DNA of 64,000 bases from Rhodoferax sp. (GTDB lineage Bacteria; Pseudomonadota; Gammaproteobacteria; Burkholderiales; Burkholderiaceae_C): the NCBI GenBank assembly GCA_025351745.1, contig JANXVI010000160.1, positions 8,890 through 72,889 of the forward strand. The letters run 5' to 3'. The notes under the pieces are model-generated. The model was given only the letters and a program-made list of their open reading frames with translations, was not told the origin of the DNA and made no database searches. Every line of letters begins with the position of its first letter. Positions within the stretch are counted from its first letter, which is position 1. Below are positions 58,501-64,000 of this stretch, piece by piece. A program made the translations under genes and the position numbers.

Positions 58501-58536
58501 AACACACCAAGGCCCCCCCGTGGAAATGCAGACTAA
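55528..58536 (+). CDS. CheB methylesterase-CheR methyltransferase fusion with coiled coil and PAS domains
   Basis: CheB triad motifs GASAGG, QH, GSDG; CheR motifs GCSTGEEAYS, ATDLD, CRNLLIY; NEEL heptads; PAS. Confidence 0.92.
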   Translation: MTTSATPDATPPTTFPIVGIGASAGGLAAFSAFFSGMPAVGEPGMAFVLVQHLAPHHDSMLTELIQRTTRLKVIEVEDGMVVHINCVYIIPPNRDMAFLNGALHLLEPTAARGHRLPIDYLFRSLAQDQHERAIGIVLSGTGSDGTMGVRAIKDCGGMVMAQNLASCEFDSMPRSALVTGFVDYELPPAEMAAQLIAYTTHAFGNAPRAVAAILPLSENALKKIFILLRAQTGHDFSHYKPTTIYRRIERRMAVHQIEALDSYVLYLQKTPQEVEALFRHMLIGVTNFFRDPEAFAALEAQVIPKLFEGKDSGGVIRAWTTGCSTGEEAYSIAILLQERLEALKQNYRIQVFATDLDSRAIAVARAGVYPASVADDITPERLGRFFTQEPGGGYRVHKGIRDLLVFSEQDLIKDPPFSKLDLISCRNLLIYLGADLQKKLISLFHYALNPGGMLFLGTSETVGEFGDLFATVERKAKLFQRKEDFRGAQRAALGRFLSLPVQKDASPPLAFGGSALVVKLSLRELTEQALLQQMDKVAALVNAQGDVLFLHGRSGMYLEPAPGEAGISNILKMARDGLRRDLTTSLHKAVNSKERISVSGLRVKTNGHHTLVNFTICPITQDSAATLEAPLYVVILEQAPTTAAPANAPLALPKAATSQALNLDAEAQIAKLNEELQAKEEYLHAANEELETANEELKSSNEEMQSVNEELQSSNEEMETSKEELQSINEELTTVNAELQTKVGDLSRANNDMNNLLAGTGIATIFVDHGLRILRFTPAATLIVNLILSDVGRPVGHIVSNLVGYSALVSDAQAVLNTLIPKEVDVQNTEGKFFTMRILPYRTLDNVIEGVVITFVDITEVMRSREALRKANELLRLAVVVRDATDAITVQDLDGRIIAWNPGATCMYGWAVEEALKMNVRERIPSVNHNSALAKVHQLSQAQALEPYATQRLTKGGQVLEVSLTSTALVNEEGEMYAIATTERSNHSASANTPRPPRGNAD

Positions 58537-59854
58537 GCACTCCCTCGCAGCGCTGCGCAGCCGGGCCGAAGATCTGGTGCACGACCAGGCGGATGCCGAC
58601 CCCACCCGCCTGCAAGACCTGTCGCACGAGGCCATGCGCCAAATGCTGCACGAGCTACAGGTTCACCAGATCGAACTGGAGATGCAGAACGAAGAGCTGC
58701 GCCAAACCCAGCTAGAGCTGGATGCCGCGCGGGCCAGGTACTTTGACCTGTACGACTTGGCGCCTGTGGGCTACTGCACGGTGAGCGAGCCGGGTCTGGT
58801 GCTGGAAGCCAACTTCACCGCAGCTCTGATGCTGGACCTGGTGCGCAGCGACCTGGTCAACAAACCGATCAGCCGATTGATTGCTAGGTCTGACCAGGAC
58901 GCGTACTACCGCTGTCGCAAAGCATTGCTTGAAACCGGCGCACCGCAAGAGTGTGAACTGCAAATGCTCAAGCGCAGTGGTGACATGTTCTGGGTCCATA
59001 TGCGGGTGACCGCGGTCCAGGACAGCGCGGGCAAACCGGTGCAGCGCATGGTGCTGTGCGACATATCCGAGCGAAAGCAGTGGGACGACGCATTGCGCGC
59101 GAAAAACCAGGAACTGGAAGTGGCGCGCCAAGTGGCCGATCAAGCCAGCCATGCGAAGACGGACTTCTTGTCCAATATGACACACGAGCTGCGTTCGCCG
59201 CTGAATGCCATTCTGGGCTTTGCCCAAATGATGGAAATGACACAGCCTGCGCCCAGCCCGGCACAGACGACCCACATCAAACAGATACTGCGCGCGGGCT
59301 GGTATCTGCTGGATTTGATTGGCGAAATTCTCGACCTCAGCAGCATTGAGTCGGGCCAGTTGAAGCTGGCGCTAGAACCAGTACCGCTGGCGGAAGCACT
59401 GGAGCACAGCCACACCGGCATGGCGGAGACAGCGCACAAGAAGGGCATTGGGTTGCAGTTCGGCCAGGTGAACGCGGCGCTGCAGGTTTATGCGGACCGT
59501 ACGCGGTTGCAACAAGTGATGTCCCACCTGCTGTCCAACGCTATCAAGTACAACCGAACCGGTGGCGCGGTAGACGTGATCTGCAGCGTGGAGCCCCAAC
59601 AGCGCCTGCGCATCTGCGTGCGGGACACGGGCTACGGCCTGTCTGACGACAAGATTGCCCATTTGTTCCAGCCCTTTAACCGCCTGGGGCGCGAAACCAA
59701 TGCCGAAGAGGGCACCGGCGTGGGCCTGGCCCTCAGCAAGCGCTTGGTTGAGCTGATGGGCGGCAGCATAGGCGCGCACAGCACGGTGGGCGTGGGCAGT
59801 GAGTTCTGGATAGAACTCAAGCTTTCACACGATTCTCAAAAAGGCGGACTATGA
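58526..59854 (+). CDS. Cytoplasmic PAS histidine kinase with an N-terminal coiled coil
   Basis: HELQVHQIELEMQNEEL, PAS, MTHELRSPL, EGTGVGL; start overlaps the cheBR end. Confidence 0.9.
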   Translation: MQTKHSLAALRSRAEDLVHDQADADPTRLQDLSHEAMRQMLHELQVHQIELEMQNEELRQTQLELDAARARYFDLYDLAPVGYCTVSEPGLVLEANFTAALMLDLVRSDLVNKPISRLIARSDQDAYYRCRKALLETGAPQECELQMLKRSGDMFWVHMRVTAVQDSAGKPVQRMVLCDISERKQWDDALRAKNQELEVARQVADQASHAKTDFLSNMTHELRSPLNAILGFAQMMEMTQPAPSPAQTTHIKQILRAGWYLLDLIGEILDLSSIESGQLKLALEPVPLAEALEHSHTGMAETAHKKGIGLQFGQVNAALQVYADRTRLQQVMSHLLSNAIKYNRTGGAVDVICSVEPQQRLRICVRDTGYGLSDDKIAHLFQPFNRLGRETNAEEGTGVGLALSKRLVELMGGSIGAHSTVGVGSEFWIELKLSHDSQKGGL

Positions 59855-60456
59855 AGAGCTTTCCTATCGTCTGTGTGGGGGGGTCGGCCGGTGGGCTGGA
59901 TGCCTATATCCGGCTGCTGCAAAACCTGCCGCCCGACATGGGGGTGGCCATCGTCATCGTGAACCACATCACGATGTTTCCGACCCAGCTTCATGAGGTC
60001 TTGCCGCGCTACACCAGCATGCCAGTGAAGCTGATCACAGACCATTTGAGCATTGTGCCCAACCATGTGTATATCATCCCGTCCAACCGGGATTTGCGTG
60101 TGGATGGCGACAATTTTTTGCTGGCACCCATATCCAAGCCACGCGGCTGGCCCGATGTAATAACCGTCTTCTTGACTTCGCTAAGCGATTGCTGGGAGGG
60201 AAAGTTGGTGGCGGTAATCGTCTCCGGTCTGGACGGAGACGGCGCTGTTGCGATGTGCAAGATCAAGGAGACGGGCGGCACAACGATTGCGCAAAAGCCC
60301 AGCACTGCCAGCGAACCCAGCATGCCCGAGAGCGCCATGGCCAGTGGCTGCATCGATTTTGTCTTGTCGCCTGAAGACATTGCCCACGAAATCATTCTGA
60401 TCGCACGGGCTGAAGAACACCAACCCACAACAACATCCCCAGGAGGAAACCCATGA
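59851..60456 (+). CDS. Stand-alone CheB methylesterase domain
   Basis: GGSAGG, NH, SGLDGDG, SMP; no REC domain. Confidence 0.85.
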   Translation: MKSFPIVCVGGSAGGLDAYIRLLQNLPPDMGVAIVIVNHITMFPTQLHEVLPRYTSMPVKLITDHLSIVPNHVYIIPSNRDLRVDGDNFLLAPISKPRGWPDVITVFLTSLSDCWEGKLVAVIVSGLDGDGAVAMCKIKETGGTTIAQKPSTASEPSMPESAMASGCIDFVLSPEDIAHEIILIARAEEHQPTTTSPGGNP

Positions 60457-61283
60457 TCCTGACCGCCGATATTCTCAACGCCAAGATATTGATCGTTGAC
60501 GACCAAGAGTCCAACGTGCAGTTGCTGGAGCAACTGCTGCACGCCGCAGGTTACACCGGCGTAACCTTCACCATGGAGCCCGAACAGGTGTGCGCGCTCC
60601 ACAGCAAGAATGCCTATGACCTGATCTTGCTTGATTTGCAAATGCCGGTCATGGATGGTTTCCAGGTCATGGAAAGCCTGAAGACCAACACGGTGGACCC
60701 CTACTTGCCGGTGATCGTGCTTACTGCCCAACCGGGTCATAAGCTGCGCGCACTGCAGGCGGGCGCCAAAGATTTTGTCAGCAAGCCGTTCGACCTGATT
60801 GAAGTCAAAACCCGCATCCACAATATGCTGGAAGTGCGCTTGTTGTACAAGAAACTGGCCGACTTCAACAAGGTGCTGGAGCAGACGGTGCTGGAGCGCA
60901 CGACCGAACTGCGTGAGAGCGAGGCACGTTACCGCAGCCTGACCGAGCTGGCCTCAGACTGGTACTGGGAGCAAGATGAAAACGGCAGCTTCACCAAAGT
61001 TTCGGGCCCAGTGCTGGAAATGCTGGGCATGCGCGTCGATGGGGTTCGGGCCACGAGTCAAGACAACACGTCGGACGGCTGGGACGATCAGGAACGCGCG
61101 GCCGTGTACTCCACCATCGCGGCACGCGAACCCTTTCTGGACTTTGTCTTTCACCGTGTCAAGCAAGATGGTTCACACCAACAGTTCAAGGTCAGTGGTG
61201 AACCCATGTTCAACCAGGCGGGCCGATTTTTGGGCTATCGCGGCATTGGTGTCGAAGTTTTCGCAGGGACTTTGAGTCACTAG
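60453..61283 (+). CDS. Response regulator REC-coiled coil-PAS (no DNA-binding output)
   Basis: IVDD, LDLQMP, SKPF, SDWYWEQD PAS. Confidence 0.85.
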   Translation: MILTADILNAKILIVDDQESNVQLLEQLLHAAGYTGVTFTMEPEQVCALHSKNAYDLILLDLQMPVMDGFQVMESLKTNTVDPYLPVIVLTAQPGHKLRALQAGAKDFVSKPFDLIEVKTRIHNMLEVRLLYKKLADFNKVLEQTVLERTTELRESEARYRSLTELASDWYWEQDENGSFTKVSGPVLEMLGMRVDGVRATSQDNTSDGWDDQERAAVYSTIAAREPFLDFVFHRVKQDGSHQQFKVSGEPMFNQAGRFLGYRGIGVEVFAGTLSH

Positions 61284-61299
61284 CCGAAGAAATATTCTT

Positions 61300-62037
61300 A
61301 TGAACGCCACCACCCCCATTCTCCACAGCCCCCAACAAAATCATTTGCTTGCAGCGTTGGCACCCGAAGATTTTGACCTGTTCTCCGAACATCTGGAATT
61401 GGTGCCCATGCCCTTGGGCCAAATGCTGTACGAGCCAGGCACGCAGTTGCGCCACGCCTACTTTCCTACCACCTCCATCATCTCGCTGCATTACGTGACG
61501 GAAACAGGTGCATCGGCTGAAACAGCCGGCGTCGGTAACGAAGGCGTGCTGGGTATTTCGCTATTTATGGGCGGTGACACGACTCCGAGTTCGGCGGTCG
61601 TACAGACCGCGGGACATGCCTACCGCCTCGATCGCCATGCGTTGCAACGCGAATTTAGCCGGGCTGGCGCCTTTCAGCGATTGCTGCTGCGTTACACCCA
61701 GGCACTGATGACGCAGATGGCCCAGTCTGCCGTTTGCAACCGTCACCACTCGGTAGAGCAGCAACTATGCCGATGGCTGTTGCTGACGATGGACCGGGTG
61801 CCTGCGCGTGAACTGGTGATGACGCAAGAATTGGTAGCCAGCATGTTGGGCGTGCGCCGCGAGAGCGTGACCGAAGCCGCAGGCAATTTGCAAACCGCCG
61901 GTTACATACGCTACCGGCGCGGCCACATTGCGGTACTGCAGCGCGAAGGTCTGGAGGCCCGGTCCTGCGAATGCTACGGCGTGGTCAAGAGGGAACTGGA
62001 CCGCTTGCTCAGCGACGTGAACAAGAACAACGAATGA
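61300..62037 (+). CDS. Crp/Fnr-family transcriptional regulator
   Basis: cNMP-fold N-terminal domain (VGNEG); HTH TQELVASMLGVRRESVTEAAG. Confidence 0.92.
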   Translation: MNATTPILHSPQQNHLLAALAPEDFDLFSEHLELVPMPLGQMLYEPGTQLRHAYFPTTSIISLHYVTETGASAETAGVGNEGVLGISLFMGGDTTPSSAVVQTAGHAYRLDRHALQREFSRAGAFQRLLLRYTQALMTQMAQSAVCNRHHSVEQQLCRWLLLTMDRVPARELVMTQELVASMLGVRRESVTEAAGNLQTAGYIRYRRGHIAVLQREGLEARSCECYGVVKRELDRLLSDVNKNNE

Positions 62038-62071
62038 GCGAGCACCGGGCACATTCCCGGTGAGTCCCCGG

Positions 62072-62653
62072 CTATTTCTTGACGCTCATCTCGTTGCGTA
62101 CCAGGCGCACACCTTCGATACCGCGGGCCACTTCCATGGCGCGGTCGACTTGCGTCTGGTTGTCCACAAAGCCGGTCAACAATACCTCGCCATCCCGCGT
62201 GACCACGGCGATGTCGACGCTCTTGACGCTGGGGTCGCCCAGCAGCGCAGCCTTGACCTTGCTGGTGATGATGCCCGCGTCGACCTTTTTGCCAACAGTC
62301 GTGGGCGCACCTTTCAAGACCACATTGTTTTGAACGTTCTTGACGCCGGGTACGGTGCGGGTGACTGCAATCGCGCGGTCCACTTGGGACTGGTTGTCGA
62401 CAAACCCACTGAGTAAGACTTCGCCTTTGCGGGTTTCCAGCTTGAAGTCAAAGCTCTTGATGTCAGCGTCTGCCAGCAAGGCCGATTTGGCGCTGCTGGT
62501 GATCACGCTGTCATCAATATCGGTGCCAACCGTTGTGCTGGCCCCAGGTGCTTTGGCACTGTCAACGGGCTTGCTGCAACCCATGACAGTCAGGGTCAGT
62601 ACGCCGGCCAAGGTGGCAGTCAACAAAAGGGATGCAATGCGCGTGTGCTTCAT
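62072..62653 (-). CDS. Double-BON (OsmY-like) lipoprotein
   Basis: Lipobox VMGC; two BON repeats (ITS..KxALL, GEVLLxGFV). Confidence 0.9.
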   Translation of the reverse strand: MKHTRIASLLLTATLAGVLTLTVMGCSKPVDSAKAPGASTTVGTDIDDSVITSSAKSALLADADIKSFDFKLETRKGEVLLSGFVDNQSQVDRAIAVTRTVPGVKNVQNNVVLKGAPTTVGKKVDAGIITSKVKAALLGDPSVKSVDIAVVTRDGEVLLTGFVDNQTQVDRAMEVARGIEGVRLVRNEMSVKK

Positions 62654-62710
62654 ACGGTTCTCCAACGATGAAAAAAACAGCCACGGACGTGTGACTGCTG
62701 TGTGGGTCCT

Positions 62711-62755
62711 ACCTTGCACTGATTCTGGGGATTGGTCTGTTCGCTTGCGTACAAA
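62711..62755 (-). promoter_or_regulatory. CRP-like box plus weak -10
   Basis: TCTGTTCG-CTTG-CGTACAAA at 62736-62755; CAAGGT at 62716-62711. Confidence 0.62.
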
Positions 62756-62867
62756 CAGGACAGTGTGTGCGACATTCTGGAATGCGCGCGGCGTCGGCGA
62801 ATTCTCTGCACAGTGGGACATAGCTCCAGGTGAGGTCTCAGGCCGGTGGCACAAGACCGATGCAGTC

Positions 62868-63083
62868 GCACGCTTGCTGGGGCCGCCGCGCATGGTTGCA
62901 TCCATCGTGCGAACCGGTGCTTTCGAGTCCGTGGTAACGACTCCGGGCTCTGCCGGTGGCGACCTGCGCCTGGATACAGCAATTGTGCAGCTACAGCCAG
63001 ACTTTCAAACAAAGCCCGCCATGGTGCGGTTCACGATAAGGGCTTACCTGGTGGACGAGAATACCCGCCAGGTTGTGGCATGG
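62868..63083 (+). pseudogene. Fragment of an ABC-transport auxiliary (PqiC-like) lipoprotein gene
   Basis: RTGAFESVV...DLRLDTAIVQLQPDF...VRFTIRAYLVD...VVAW resembles the middle of that family; no signal peptide or normal C-terminus. Confidence 0.55.
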
Positions 63084-63100
63084 TGCAATCGCCGGACGCA

Positions 63101-63139
63101 CAAAAGCCCCAGGTTCCTCATCAGAACCTGGGGCTTTTG
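63101..63139. terminator. Rho-independent terminator
   Basis: CAAAAGCCCCAGGTTC...GAACCTGGGGCTTTTG just after the BON gene stop. Confidence 0.8.
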
Positions 63140-63151
63140 TTAGGTAAGCAA

Positions 63152-63466
63152 TTACGGACGGACAGCGATCTCGTTGCGAACGGAGACCACACCCTTGACA
63201 CCGCGGGCAATGGCTTCAGCTGTATTGCGCTCAGCGCCATTCTTGGCGAAGCCGGACAACATCACGGTGCCGTTGAGTGTTTCCACTTTGATCGATGCAG
63301 CATCAACCTGCTTGTTTTCAATGAAGCGGGTCTTGACCAGAGTGGTGATGCCTGCGTCATCAACATAGGCGCCGACAGTTTCCTGGCCGCGTTGAACCGC
63401 GCAACCGGTAGCGGTGAGCAGCACAACAGCGGAAATGGCGATGGCGAGTGTTTGACGGATTTGCAT
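63152..63466 (-). CDS. Single-BON lipoprotein
   Basis: Lipobox ATGC, DDAGITT, ETLNGTVMLSGF. Confidence 0.9.
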   Translation of the reverse strand: MQIRQTLAIAISAVVLLTATGCAVQRGQETVGAYVDDAGITTLVKTRFIENKQVDAASIKVETLNGTVMLSGFAKNGAERNTAEAIARGVKGVVSVRNEIAVRP

Positions 63467-63518
63467 AATGTGTTTCCTAGATAAAAGTGGGGTCTAAAGG
63501 TACCATACGAACTCTCTG

Positions 63519-63562
63519 ATTATAAAGTTGCAGCTTTTTTTGTCCGTGTGCTAGCGCACAGA
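63519..63562 (-). promoter_or_regulatory. CRP-like box plus consensus -10
   Basis: TCCGTGTG-CTAG-CGCACAGA at 63543-63562; TATAAT at 63524-63519 (28.5 bp). Confidence 0.75.
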
Positions 63563-63590
63563 GCAGCGCCCGAGCTGCAAATTGGATACG

Positions 63591-64000
63591 TCACTCGGTT
63601 TGCAGCGGGATGACGAAGCAGGCGTCGCCCGCCAGGTCTACCCAGCGCAGAGATTGCCCAGGCCGCAGCGCCTGAGCCTGCAAGTCAGTTGTTGCCCCCA
63701 GCGCATTGCCCAGGTTGGCCTGCATGAAGATGAAGCGCATGCTGCGCATCCCTCGGACCAACGTCATTTCGGCACGCTCCCAATGCGATGGCAGACAGGG
63801 CTGAAATACCAATTCGGTCGCCCCCAGTTGCAAGCCAAAAATAGATTCAACGGCCGCGCGGTGCATCCAGGCCGCGGCTCCTGTGTACCAGCTCCAGCCC
63901 CCACGCCCTACGTAGGGAGGCTGCGAATAGACGTCGCCCGCCATGGCGTAGGGCTCTATGGCGTATGCGGTGCCTCGGGTGAGGTGGCTGGAACGGTGTG
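63591..64000 (-). CDS. C-terminus of a GH94 phosphorylase domain, likely cyclic beta-1,2-glucan synthase (NdvB/ChvB-like); partial
   Basis: YAIEPYAMAGDVYS...GRGGWSWYTGAAAW...PCLPSHW. Confidence 0.78.
   Translation of the reverse strand, partial: HRSSHLTRGTAYAIEPYAMAGDVYSQPPYVGRGGWSWYTGAAAWMHRAAVESIFGLQLGATELVFQPCLPSHWERAEMTLVRGMRSMRFIFMQANLGNALGATTDLQAQALRPGQSLRWVDLAGDACFVIPLQTE

Noticed and set aside
38242-64000. Stress island as a mobile genomic island or prophage
   Set aside because: No integrase, transposase, tRNA, att-like repeats or phage genes in the window; composition looks similar to the flanks.

Overview
A 64-kb GC-rich betaproteobacterial chromosome segment. Gene content and order suggest Comamonadaceae/Rhodoferax-like, which is an inference. 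No tRNA, rRNA, integrase, transposase or CRISPR array was recognised. Left part (1-18 kb): kdgR (partial) and kdgK with a perfect KdgR-type operator; a long CorA-like protein; kdpD-kdpE-kup; a Pho-box-preceded TonB receptor plus metallophosphoesterase; and a three-gene radical SAM/SPASM operon whose last gene ends in a 14-Asn tail. Middle (18-38 kb): a fatty-acid beta-oxidation cluster with its TetR regulator, slmA, a two-component pair, argB, rarD, lysA/lysR and an orphan mlaF-like ATPase. Right part (38-64 kb): a general-stress island (katE, 2 CsbD, 2 BON, glycine-zipper proteins, a crystallin-domain protein, a PQQ-type sugar dehydrogenase, a CugP-like nucleotidyltransferase and a GH94 C-terminus) around a signalling operon (hybrid kinase, CheB-CheR fusion, PAS kinase, CheB, REC-PAS, Crp/Fnr). 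The strongest non-obvious signal is 12 copies of a CRP-like palindrome (consensus TCYGTNCG-N4-CGNACRGA). Each lies 29.5 bp (one case 28.5 bp) upstream of a -10-like hexamer facing a stress gene or the signalling operon itself, suggesting a self-activating Crp-family stress regulon. Several short structured repeats are also present, including a ~57-bp family with one copy inserted in frame inside a histidine kinase.
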